The notes below the pieces were generated by a model. It did not search any database. It was not told the origin of the DNA and worked only from the letters and a program-made list of their open reading frames with translations. This document shows positions 50,145 through 59,227 of a DNA stretch of 64,000 nucleotides, piece by piece. Every line of letters starts with the position of its first letter. Position 1 is the first letter of the stretch. The stretch is from an uncultured Gemmatimonadales bacterium (GTDB lineage Bacteria > Gemmatimonadota > Gemmatimonadetes > Gemmatimonadales > GWC2-71-9): NCBI GenBank assembly GCA_963795085.1, contig CAWCFX010000001.1, positions 544,001-608,000 of the forward strand, written 5' to 3'. Both the position numbers and the translations under genes were made by a program.

Positions 50145-53013
50145 GCTCCAGCGCCAGGCGATCGAAGCCCCGTCCGGCCCGGTCCTGGTGCTGGCCGGGC
50201 CCGGCGCCGGCAAGACCTCCTGCCTCGTCGCCCGGATCCAGTTTCTCATCGCCGCGCGCGATGTCAGGCCGGAGCGGCTCTGCGCCGTCACCTTCACCAA
50301 CAAGGCCGCCGAAGAGATCGCTCTTCGCCTCAAGGCCGGGCTGGGGCGCCCCGCCGGGGACATTACCCGCGGCACCATTCACTCCCTCTGCCTCCGGGTG
50401 CTCCGGGAGCACGGTGCCGGCGTCGGGCTGCAGTCCGGGTTCGGCGTCGCCGACGACGAGTACCAGCACGCCATCCTGGCCCGGCTCCGGGTGCCCCGGA
50501 AGTATCGCGGCGGCCTGCTCACCCGGTTCGGCCGGCGGCGGCTCCAGAACTACGAACTCACGCCCGACGACCAGAAACTGCTGGAGCGCTACCAGGAGAC
50601 GCTCCACGGCGCCAACATGGCCGACTTCGACGATCTCGTCGTGCGCACCGCCGACCTGCTCAAGGGCCGCCCCGATATCGCCGACGCGGTGGCGGCCCAG
50701 TGGGACTACCTGCTGGTGGACGAGTGCCAGGACCTGAACGCCCGGCAGTACGAGATCATCCGCCGCCTGGTGGAACCCCACGGCAACCTCTTCGCCGTCG
50801 GCGACGACGAGCAGTCCATCTTCGGCTGGGCCAGCGCGGACCCGCTGATCCTCCGCCAGCTGGCCAACGACTTCCTCGTCTCCCGCCCCATCATCCTCGA
50901 CGAGAACTGCCGCTGCTCGGCGAAGATCTTCCTCGCCGCCCGGCGGCTCATCGAGCAGAATCCCCCGCTGTTCGAGAAGGGCCTCCGGGCCCGGCGCGAG
51001 TCGCCCTGGGAGGTCGAAGCCTTCACCTTCGCCGACGAGGGAGACGAGGCCGCCTGGGTCGTCGCCGATATCCTCCGGGACCGGGCCGAGTCGGGCACGC
51101 CGTGGGGCGAGTACGGCATCCTGTACCGCCGCCACGACAGCGGCGAGCTGCTCGAGGGGCGCCTCCTCGCCGCCGGCATCCCCTGCCGCCTGAGCCGGGG
51201 CCGCGCCATCGGCGACGACCGCGTGATCGGCCAGGTCCTGGCCTCGCTCCGGGTGATGCTGGCCCCCGCCGACCAGGTCGCCGTCGAGGCGCTGGCGGAG
51301 CTGGTCCTGCCCGGCATGCTCGTGGACCAGGTGCGGACCCATCACATGGCGGGCGGGTTCCTGCCCGGCCTCCGGCTGTATGCCATCGCGCATAAGGGAG
51401 AGCCGGACGCGAAGAAAGCCTGGCGCTTCATCTACGCGGTGGAGAACCTCCGCGGCATCCGCCGCGCCCAGCGCTCCCTGGCCGGCCTGGTCAGCGCGGT
51501 GCTTTCCCAGGGTGTGGGGACCTACAGGAACCCGCTGGAGGCGGAACCGGTCAGCCTCGCGCTCACCGATCCCGCGGCCTTTCCCGGCGCGCCGGATCTC
51601 GCCGACCGTCTCGCCCGGGTGCGCCGGAGCGGCGGCCGCATCTGGATTCCCCCGTCGGGCGGCCTCGAGCTGGCCATTCGCGGCATGCTGGTCAAGGCCG
51701 GCTTCACCCTGATGACCATGGGCAGCCCCGCCGCGCTGGAGCCGGACGGCCTGGACCTCGCTCCGCTCCCGCCGGGGTTCCCCCTTCTTCTCTTCAAGGC
51801 TCTCCAGCTGGAAGAGAGCCGGACCTGGGACGCCCCCCAGCGCGACTTCGTCGCGTTCGATCTCGAGACCACCGACAACGACGTGGACGAGTGCGAGATC
51901 ATCGAGATCGGCGCCGTGCGGGTGCGGGACGGCCAGGTCGTGGCCACCTTCGAGTCGCTGGTGCGCGGCGGCCGTCCCATCTCGCCCCGGGCCACCGCGG
52001 TGCACGGGTACGCCGACAGCCACGTCGCGTCCGCGCCGCCCTTCGCCCAGGCGTGGGAACGGTTCCGCGCGTTCGTGGGCAACGATGTGCTGGTCGCCCA
52101 CAACGGGCTCCACTTCGACGTGCCGGTGCTCAAGCGCATGGCGCACGGGTTCCCCGGGCTGGACGACCTCGTCTTCTACGACAGCCTCCCGCTGGCGCGC
52201 TCCCTCTCCACCCTGAGCGCCCGGCTCACCGACCTGGCCGATCGCTATGGCGTAGAAAAGGGGACCTCGCACCACGCACTGGACGACGCCAGGGCGCTGG
52301 CCGGCGTGTATGGCCATCTCCACCGGGTTCGGCTGGAGCGGGCCCGCAAGGCGGCGCTCACCAGCCTGCTCGATTACCTCGGATTGGCGTTCGCGCTGGA
52401 GGGGAGAGAGCGTTCCGGCGAGGCGGCGGACCTGTTCAGGATCTGTTCCACCTACGCGCTGGGCCGCTTCGGCGAGAGCCTGGATACCTACGCCCGTGAG
52501 CGGCCCGACGGTGCCCCGTCGCTGGACGAGGTCATTGACCGGCTCGGCGGGCAACGGCTGATGGACCGGCTCCGCACCGAGCGGCGCCCCGAAGACCGCT
52601 TCCCCGGCGCCCTGGCCCGCCTCGGCGCCCTCGTCCTGGCCAGCGAGTCCCCCGACCTGGACCAGGCCATCCGGGCCCTGCTCGACCGGGTGGCGCTGTC
52701 CCGGTCCGAAGGCATCGAGCGGGAGCGGGACCGCGTCAACCTCCTCACCCTGCACGCCACCAAGGGCCTGGAGTTCAGCCGGGTCTATATCCTGGGCGTG
52801 GAAGACAACGAATTGCCCGGAAGCCAGGCGCTGGCCCAGCAGCACCTCGGCGACATCGAAGAAGCCCGGCGCCTGCTCTACGTGGGGATGACCCGCGCCA
52901 AGGACCGCCTGGTGCTCACCCGCGCCGACTTCCGCCGGGGCAGCCCCGGCGGCGATTCCGGGTTCCTTCGGGAAATCGGGTTGGTACTCACCGCAACTGC
53001 CGCTCGCGAGTAG
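50128..53013 (+). CDS. UvrD/PcrA-family helicase with embedded DEDDh 3'-5' exonuclease domain
   Basis: AGPGAGKT, TFTNKAA, VDECQD, VGDDEQSIFGW, TLHATKGLEF, RRLLYVGMTRA. Insert FDLETT..AHNGLHFD..HHALDDA. Confidence 0.9.
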   Translation: MPFPTELQRQAIEAPSGPVLVLAGPGAGKTSCLVARIQFLIAARDVRPERLCAVTFTNKAAEEIALRLKAGLGRPAGDITRGTIHSLCLRVLREHGAGVGLQSGFGVADDEYQHAILARLRVPRKYRGGLLTRFGRRRLQNYELTPDDQKLLERYQETLHGANMADFDDLVVRTADLLKGRPDIADAVAAQWDYLLVDECQDLNARQYEIIRRLVEPHGNLFAVGDDEQSIFGWASADPLILRQLANDFLVSRPIILDENCRCSAKIFLAARRLIEQNPPLFEKGLRARRESPWEVEAFTFADEGDEAAWVVADILRDRAESGTPWGEYGILYRRHDSGELLEGRLLAAGIPCRLSRGRAIGDDRVIGQVLASLRVMLAPADQVAVEALAELVLPGMLVDQVRTHHMAGGFLPGLRLYAIAHKGEPDAKKAWRFIYAVENLRGIRRAQRSLAGLVSAVLSQGVGTYRNPLEAEPVSLALTDPAAFPGAPDLADRLARVRRSGGRIWIPPSGGLELAIRGMLVKAGFTLMTMGSPAALEPDGLDLAPLPPGFPLLLFKALQLEESRTWDAPQRDFVAFDLETTDNDVDECEIIEIGAVRVRDGQVVATFESLVRGGRPISPRATAVHGYADSHVASAPPFAQAWERFRAFVGNDVLVAHNGLHFDVPVLKRMAHGFPGLDDLVFYDSLPLARSLSTLSARLTDLADRYGVEKGTSHHALDDARALAGVYGHLHRVRLERARKAALTSLLDYLGLAFALEGRERSGEAADLFRICSTYALGRFGESLDTYARERPDGAPSLDEVIDRLGGQRLMDRLRTERRPEDRFPGALARLGALVLASESPDLDQAIRALLDRVALSRSEGIERERDRVNLLTLHATKGLEFSRVYILGVEDNELPGSQALAQQHLGDIEEARRLLYVGMTRAKDRLVLTRADFRRGSPGGDSGFLREIGLVLTATAARE

Positions 53014-53052
53014 AAGACTCCACTGACGTTCGAGCTTCCGCAACTGCCTGTC

Positions 53053-53510
53053 GCGAAAGCACGAAAGACCGCGGAAGCACGAAGAAAAGCAACAACTGGA
53101 ACTACAAGAAAAGCAACAGCTAGAACTACAAAGAACGAAATAAGAAGAAATCAGTAGTGCTTCACCTGTTTCATTTCTTTCGTATTTTGTTGTTCGGCTG
53201 TCATCATGCGTGTTTGTTCTTTTCTATTTTGTCGTCAGGCTGTTCGCACATCAGACAGATCGAACTACAAAGAACACAATAGACGACATTGGATCTCTTC
53301 TTCCATCGGTTTCGTTCTCTTTCGTGTTTTGTTGTACCGGCTGTTGTTGTTCGGCTGTCATCATGCGTGTTTGTTCTTTTCTATTTTGTCGTCAGGCTGT
53401 TCGCACATCAGACAGATCGAACTACAAAGAACGAAATAGAAGAAATTGGATCTCTTCTTTCACCTGTTCTGTTTCTTTCGTGCTTTGTTGTGCCGCTGTT
53501 GTTGTGCTAC
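53053..53510. repeat. AT-rich structured repeat region: three hairpin units and an 89-bp perfect direct repeat (53187-53275, 53344-53432)
   Basis: GAACTACAAAGAAC starts units near 53122, 53262 and 53419, each followed by a complementary TTTCGT..TTTGTTGT arm. It shares GAAAGCACGAA/TTCGTGCTTT with the 48-kb element. Confidence 0.9.
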
Positions 53511-53525
53511 TGTTCTCATGCCAGC

Positions 53526-54329
53526 CTACTTTCCCCCGCCCAGCGCCAACCGCACCTCTTTCCCTTCGACCTCGACCGGGTAGGTCCCGATGGCCTTCTT
53601 GGCGGGGCCCCTCGTCGCCTTCCCGGTGGCCACGTCGAACTGGGACCCGTGCCAGAGGCACTGCACCGTGCCGCAGATCAGCACCCCGCCGGCCAGCGAT
53701 CCGCCGCGGTGGGTGCAGGCATCGTCGAAGGCCACGTAGCCGTCCGCGGTCCGCCCCAGCACGATGCGCCGGCCGTTGATGTGCAGCAGCTTCATCTGGT
53801 CCACCTCGAGCTCGTCGCTGGCGGCCACCACCAGCGGCTCGCCTGGTGCCGGGGTGATCGTCGCCTCGTTCCACCGGCCGGCCGCCGCGTAGCGGTGGTC
53901 CACGCTGATCAGGTTCCGGGAGACCAGCGTGCCCCCCTGCCATCCGGCATATCCCAGCAGCAGCACGCCGGCGCCTTCCAGCAGCAGGGTGAGGGTGGAC
54001 GGCGGCGGCGTCGCGCCGGCCCGGAGCAGCCACGCGGTCGCGAAGAGTGCCACCATCACCAGGTTGGCGATCATGTGGCGGGTCGCGCGCGCCTTGCCCG
54101 AACTCCCGGGCGGCACGGTGAAGAAGTAGTCGATGAACCCGGGGATCGCCGCCAGCAGGGCGGTGCCCACCCCGGCGATGACGAGATAGTATCCCACCAG
54201 GGTGAACGTCGGCCGGTCCAGCAGGATACCCAGGAAATCGAAGGCGGTTCCCCCCGCCAGGAAGGCGATCGGGAAGGGAATCAGCATCGGGTGAATCGGG
54301 TGGCCCTTCAGGCTGGCTGTGCTGCGCAT
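53526..54329 (-). CDS. DUF2231 membrane domain fused to Rieske [2Fe-2S] ferredoxin
   Basis: GHPIHPMLIPFPI, GWQGGTLV. CTHRGG..CLWHGSQFD. Confidence 0.88.
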   Translation of the reverse strand: MRSTASLKGHPIHPMLIPFPIAFLAGGTAFDFLGILLDRPTFTLVGYYLVIAGVGTALLAAIPGFIDYFFTVPPGSSGKARATRHMIANLVMVALFATAWLLRAGATPPPSTLTLLLEGAGVLLLGYAGWQGGTLVSRNLISVDHRYAAAGRWNEATITPAPGEPLVVAASDELEVDQMKLLHINGRRIVLGRTADGYVAFDDACTHRGGSLAGGVLICGTVQCLWHGSQFDVATGKATRGPAKKAIGTYPVEVEGKEVRLALGGGK

Positions 54330-54385
54330 GGCGTCCCCGGCGTCGGAAAGTTTCTCAAGTTTAAGCCGGGGCGGGGCGGGAAGGG

Positions 54386-54401
54386 TGTGACTGCAGTCAC
54401 C
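54386..54401. promoter_or_regulatory. CRP/FNR-like box
   Basis: TGTGA-CTGCAG-TCACC (9/10 consensus positions), about 57 bp upstream of the DUF2231-Rieske start. It overlaps the upstream stop codon. Confidence 0.5.
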
Positions 54402-57018
54402 CCCGGAGCGAGGCGAGGCGTTCCCCGGCGGCCTGCCGGTAGATCAGCTCGATGGGCGACCGCTCCGCGATGCTCGCCAGCCACCCCCGCGCCTCCTCGG
54501 CGCGGCCCAGGGCGAGCAGCGCTTCGCCGCGGACGAACCGGTCATAGGCCTGCGAGAAGAAGGGCGATCCCACCGTCAGCTGGAACCACACCTCGGGCCG
54601 CATCGACTCCAGCGCCCGGAGGGTGCCGCTGGCGTCCCCCCGGCTCCAGGCCATCGCCGCCCGGAGACTCACCGCCAGGTTCGCCACCGAGGCGGTGCTG
54701 TGGACCGGGACGTCGAGCGCTTCGAGCAGCGCGAGATGGTGGCCCGCTTTCGCCGCGTCGCCGATCCGCGCCGACAACAGGCCGGCCAGGTATTCCTTCA
54801 CGTGGGCATGCAGGCCGTTGTGAATCGCGAACGGGAGGTTGTGGCTGGCCCGCACCGACCCGGCATCCCACCCTTCCAGCTCGGCGAGAATGGCGAGCAC
54901 ATCGTCCCGGTCCGGGTCCAGGAACGGAAGCACCGCGAACAGCGCCCGCACTTCCAGGGTCCAGGCCGGTTCCAGCGGCCGGGCCAGCGCCAGTTGGGCG
55001 CGGGCCTCCTCCGGTCGGCCCAGGGCGGCCAGGACATGGGCCAGGCCCAGGTGGGCGAGCGCCCGGGCGTCATCCGGCGGCCTGGTATCCAGGAACCCGC
55101 GGACCAGCTGCTCCGCGCCCGGCAGGTTGCCGGAATAGAGCGCCACGTCCGAAAAGGCGATGCCGATCGTCAGCGTGCGGGCCCGGAACAGCTCGGCCGT
55201 CACCGTGGCGATCGCGGCCGGGTCGCGGCGGGCGAACGCGGCCAGCGCCCGCATCGGCAGCGCCCGGTCGCCCTGCGGGCTGAGCGCCACCACCTGTGCG
55301 ATCAGCCGGTCGCGCTCGGCGTCCCGGCCTTCGAGGCAGGCGATCCGGACCAGGTGAACCAGCGTGGTCACGTGCTCGGGATCCAGCGCCAGCGCGCGTT
55401 CAAAGGCCCGCCGGGCCTCGGTGACGGACCGGCCCCGGAGCGGGTTGAAGTGCATCTGCAGGTCGCCGAGCAGGAACCAGGCTTCGATATCGTCCGGCGT
55501 GTTCGCGACGATGGCCTGGTAGAGGTTCTCCGCCTGCGCCGCGGAACCGGAGAGCCAGGCGCGCTGCGCATCCAGCAGCAGCCGGTCCCGCGGGGCCAGG
55601 CGGTCCCGGTGCTGGTGGGCGCGCTTGGCCGCCTCGCGGGCCAGCTCCGGCATCGCGCTCGCCGCGGTGGCGGCGGCCAGCCGGTAATACGCCAGCGCGA
55701 ACCCGTCGTCCAGGCCGACCGCCTGCTGAAACGAATCCATCGCGTCGAAGTACCGGGCCGCCCGGAAATCGTGCTCGCCCCGCAGGTAGGCCTTGAGCGC
55801 GGGAAGCGACGCGGTCGTGAGCGCCGCCAGCCGGCCCACCCGCCGGCCGGTGTGACCCAGTTTGCCCGCCAGCAGTTGCCGCGCGAACTCGTCCACCAGG
55901 GTAAAGATGTCGGCCTCCGCGCCGCCCCGGGTTTCCGCGGTCGCCACCAGTTCGCCGCCGGCCCGGTAGAGCGTGCCGTTGATCTGGATCTGCCCCGCCG
56001 CCTCCACCACGCTCCCCAGCAGGTAGAACCCGGCCTCGAACCGGCCGGCCACGGCGGCCCCGGTGGCCGGCGCGGCATCGGCGATCTTCTCGTGAGACAG
56101 GTGCGCCAGCAGGGCGCGGGGATCCACGGTGCGCAGGTCGCCGGCGCCCTCCAGCTTGGTGCTCATGAGATCCACCATGCCCTCGCCCAGGTAGGCGAGG
56201 GCGGCCGAGCCGCGTACCGTGAAAGGCAGCACGGCGATGGTGCGGGCGCCGTGCTGATCGGTCGGGAGGGAAGGAGCGGCCGCCTTCACCGGGGCCGCCG
56301 CCTGCCGCGCCCGCAGCTGGGCGATCAGCCCACGCGTCTCCGGCGACGGTTCGATCTCGTACGCCTCCACCAGGCGGGACGCGAGCCCCTCGTACGCCTG
56401 GATCGCGCCGGCCCGGTCGCCGGACTTCTCGAGCAGGCCGGCCATCCGGCGAAAGGCCGCCTCGTCGAACGGCGACAGCGTGGCCAGCCGCTGGGCCCAG
56501 GAGGACGCGGCCGGAAGGTCGCCCCGCCGCTCCGCCTCGTCGGTGAGGGTCTTGAGCGCCGCCGCGGCCCGGTCCCGGAGCCGCACCCGCTCCAGGTCCA
56601 GCCAGCGCTCGAACTCCGGCGCCTGGGTGACGAAGAATCCCTCCAGCAGGTCTCCCTGGTAGAGCGTCACCGCGCCGGCGGGGTCTCCGGCAGACAGTGC
56701 CGCCTCGAAGGCCGTCGCGTCGGCGGCGAACCCCTCCTCCGCGATGGCCAGCTCCTCGTCCCCCCGCCCGACGATGACCGAGTCGCCCAGCGCCTGCCGC
56801 AGGAAATACAGCGCCCGCCGGAGCGCGGCCCGGGCGTGGCCCTGGTCCAGCTCCGGCCAGAAAATGCCCAGCAGCGCATCCCGCCGGTGAAACCGGCGCG
56901 GGGTGCTGAGGGCGAGGTAGGCGAGGAACGCCAGGCGCTTGGGCTGCTTCAGGACGGCCCGGACCTCGGTGCCGTTCTGCCGCAGGTCCAGCGTACCCAG
57001 CGTGCGCAGTTCGATCAC
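54397..57018 (-). CDS. SARP/BTAD-type transcriptional regulator with TolB-N-like and TPR regions
   Basis: LRTLGTL..QPKRLAFLAYL..RRDALLGIFWPE, YQGDLLEG..FERWL, EPSPET, IAVLPF, TPR-like helices. Confidence 0.85.
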   Translation of the reverse strand: MIELRTLGTLDLRQNGTEVRAVLKQPKRLAFLAYLALSTPRRFHRRDALLGIFWPELDQGHARAALRRALYFLRQALGDSVIVGRGDEELAIAEEGFAADATAFEAALSAGDPAGAVTLYQGDLLEGFFVTQAPEFERWLDLERVRLRDRAAAALKTLTDEAERRGDLPAASSWAQRLATLSPFDEAAFRRMAGLLEKSGDRAGAIQAYEGLASRLVEAYEIEPSPETRGLIAQLRARQAAAPVKAAAPSLPTDQHGARTIAVLPFTVRGSAALAYLGEGMVDLMSTKLEGAGDLRTVDPRALLAHLSHEKIADAAPATGAAVAGRFEAGFYLLGSVVEAAGQIQINGTLYRAGGELVATAETRGGAEADIFTLVDEFARQLLAGKLGHTGRRVGRLAALTTASLPALKAYLRGEHDFRAARYFDAMDSFQQAVGLDDGFALAYYRLAAATAASAMPELAREAAKRAHQHRDRLAPRDRLLLDAQRAWLSGSAAQAENLYQAIVANTPDDIEAWFLLGDLQMHFNPLRGRSVTEARRAFERALALDPEHVTTLVHLVRIACLEGRDAERDRLIAQVVALSPQGDRALPMRALAAFARRDPAAIATVTAELFRARTLTIGIAFSDVALYSGNLPGAEQLVRGFLDTRPPDDARALAHLGLAHVLAALGRPEEARAQLALARPLEPAWTLEVRALFAVLPFLDPDRDDVLAILAELEGWDAGSVRASHNLPFAIHNGLHAHVKEYLAGLLSARIGDAAKAGHHLALLEALDVPVHSTASVANLAVSLRAAMAWSRGDASGTLRALESMRPEVWFQLTVGSPFFSQAYDRFVRGEALLALGRAEEARGWLASIAERSPIELIYRQAAGERLASLRG

Positions 57019-57150
57019 GATCGCTCCGCGGAGAACGTCAGGTCACACCCGGGGGACGGCTGGGCCACCGGGGGCCACGAGGTTTACACCCATTCACTGC
57101 ACGGGCCAGACGGCTGGAAGATAAAGCAGGCGGCAACCGGGAGGCATCGC

Positions 57151-57663
57151 ATGTACGGAATTCTTGGGGCCACGCTCCTCATGGCGGCGGCGATGGCGGT
57201 CCGCCCGGTCCAGGCGCAGGCCGCCCCGATTCCGCCCGGCACGGCCTGGGGCCTGACGGTGGACCGCTTCTCCATGGATGGGTCCGCCCTCCCCGCGGGG
57301 ACCTTCCACGTCTCCATCCTGCGCCCCAACCGCGTGACCCCGGAGTTCAGTCTCTCGCTCTTTCCCGAGGGCCTCTCTGAAGGAGTGGTTGTCACCAACC
57401 TGGATATCGGCGGCGCGCTGAATGTTCCGATGCCGGGGGCGACGCTGCTCCTTCGCGGGGGCGTGAGCGGGCTGTTCGGATTCGGGCGGGGTGGGGCAGC
57501 CGCCCTTCCCGGCCTGCATTATGGCGCCAGCCTGCTGGTAAAAATCCATGGGAAGACCGGCATCCGGCTGGACGTGGTGGGCCGGCACTATCTGGCGCTC
57601 TACGACCCCACGTCCGCCCTGCTCACGCTCGGCGTGGGCATCACCGCGCTTCCCGCACTCTAG
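57151..57663 (+). CDS. Exported protein, probable small outer-membrane beta-barrel
   Basis: RBS GGAGG, signal peptide ending AQA, amphipathic strands, GIRLDV..LTLGVGI. Confidence 0.6.
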   Translation: MYGILGATLLMAAAMAVRPVQAQAAPIPPGTAWGLTVDRFSMDGSALPAGTFHVSILRPNRVTPEFSLSLFPEGLSEGVVVTNLDIGGALNVPMPGATLLLRGGVSGLFGFGRGGAAALPGLHYGASLLVKIHGKTGIRLDVVGRHYLALYDPTSALLTLGVGITALPAL

Positions 57664-57687
57664 CATCGCGATCACTGGAGGCATGCC

Positions 57688-58251
57688 ATGACGACCCACG
57701 CCTTGCCAGAACCCGCCGAGGGCTACCGGGCCTTTCCCAACGTCGAGGCGAGGAACTTCACCCAGGAACGGATCGAGATCCCGCTGCTCTGCCTCCTCCT
57801 CGACCTGCCCCTGGGCGCCCGGGTGCTGGAGGTCGGCTGCGGCCGGGGCATCGGGCTCCCGGCGCTCTCCCGGCGCCTCGCGCCGCGGTCCCTCACCGCG
57901 ATTGATATTGACGAGGTGATGGTGGCCGCCGCGACGCTGCACGCGGAGTCTCGCGGCATCCCGGCCCTGGTGCGGCAGGCCGACATCCGCGCGCTCCCCT
58001 TCGGCAACGCCGCGTTTGATCTCGTGGTGGATTTCGGCACCTGCTACCACATCACCCATGCCGAGCGGGCATTGCGGGAGATCGCCCGGGTCCTGGTCCC
58101 CGGCGGCTTTCTCGTGTACGAGACCCGTGCCGGCCAGCTCCTCTCCCACCCCATCCGCTCCCTCCGCCGCCGGCTGCCCTGGCACCGGGTCCCCGATCTC
58201 CGGCGCGACCGCCACGCCGGGCTCTGGGCCACCCGCCGAAAACAGGGGTGA
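57688..58251 (+). CDS. Class I SAM-dependent methyltransferase
   Basis: VLEVGCGRG, ADIRALPF, FDLVV, EIARVLVPGG. Confidence 0.88.
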   Translation: MTTHALPEPAEGYRAFPNVEARNFTQERIEIPLLCLLLDLPLGARVLEVGCGRGIGLPALSRRLAPRSLTAIDIDEVMVAAATLHAESRGIPALVRQADIRALPFGNAAFDLVVDFGTCYHITHAERALREIARVLVPGGFLVYETRAGQLLSHPIRSLRRRLPWHRVPDLRRDRHAGLWATRRKQG

Positions 58252-58306
58252 GAACCAGTCTTTGGGTCCGTGATCGACTGTTCCCACGGCAGTACAGTTC
58301 GCTCGG

Positions 58307-59227
58307 TTACCGGCCACCCGCCGCCACCGGCCGCCGCAGCGTGTTCACCGCGGCCACCACGACATCCGGCCGCTCTTCGTGAAGAAAGAGACCCGCCCCG
58401 CCGATCCGGCTGATGGCGAAATCCGGCAGTTGCCTCGTCAGCAGCTGGACCTCGTCCGGCTTGATGCCGCCCCCGTGCTCCGCGAGCCCGATCAGCAGCC
58501 GGACCGGGAGCCGGATTCGCGCCAGGTTCGGTTCCAGTCGCTCCGCCTCCCTGGCATCCGCCATCCGGAGGTAGGCCTTGAGGGTCCCGTCCAGGTCCCG
58601 CTCGTGGCCCGTCATGTATCCGTCAAGGACTTCCTCGGTCACCCAGCTGGTGTCCCCCGATTCCGCCACCAGCTGCTCCCGCATCTTCTTCCGGACCAGC
58701 TTCACCCCGCCGAACAGCTTGACGAAGGGGACCAGGCGCATGGCGCGCCGGAATCCCGGCGTCGCCGCCCGTTCGGCCGGCCCGCCATCCAGGGAGACCA
58801 GCGCCTTCACCCGCCCGGGGAAGCGGTAACTCAGCCGCAGCGCGATCGACGCGCCCACGGCGTGCGCGACGACGATCGCGTCGGCCAGGTCGAGCTGCTG
58901 CATGGCCCGGCCCACCCGGTCCGCCTGTGATGTCAGCGAGTAGTTCGAGCGCTCGGGCCGGGAGGACTCGCCGATGCCCAGCGGCTCGATCACCACGGCG
59001 CGGTACCCGGCGCCGACGAGCCGGGCCCGCAGCGTGCGATAGCCGAACGCCGAGCCGACCATGCCGGGAATCAGCACGACCGGGTCTCCCTCGCCTTCGA
59101 TGGTGACCCGGAGCGATTCGCCGGGCGCCACCACGACGTTCAACGTCCGCGTTGTTTCCGGGGCGCTGGTCTGCGGGGCCAGGGCGACGGGCGTGAGTAG
59201 CAGGACGCCGAGCTTATACGACAACAT
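58307..59227 (-). CDS. Exported alpha/beta-hydrolase-fold protein with degenerate catalytic triad
   Basis: GEGDPVVLIPG, PLGIGES, elbow AHAVG, PGRVKALV, GAGLFLHEERPD. Confidence 0.82.
   Translation of the reverse strand: MLSYKLGVLLLTPVALAPQTSAPETTRTLNVVVAPGESLRVTIEGEGDPVVLIPGMVGSAFGYRTLRARLVGAGYRAVVIEPLGIGESSRPERSNYSLTSQADRVGRAMQQLDLADAIVVAHAVGASIALRLSYRFPGRVKALVSLDGGPAERAATPGFRRAMRLVPFVKLFGGVKLVRKKMREQLVAESGDTSWVTEEVLDGYMTGHERDLDGTLKAYLRMADAREAERLEPNLARIRLPVRLLIGLAEHGGGIKPDEVQLLTRQLPDFAISRIGGAGLFLHEERPDVVVAAVNTLRRPVAAGGR

Noticed and set aside
49999..53043. 1014-aa minus-strand ORF, and similar long ORFs at 13989-16790, 41765-43780, 48255-50378 and the 5' part of 54700-57663
   Set aside because: Antisense shadows of well-supported genes in high-GC DNA, with no recognisable motifs.
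53053..53510. CRISPR array, or the short Cys/Phe-rich ORFs across this block
   Set aside because: The repeat is too long (89 bp), the intervening segments are homologous rather than unique spacers, and there are no cas genes. The ORFs just translate the repeats.
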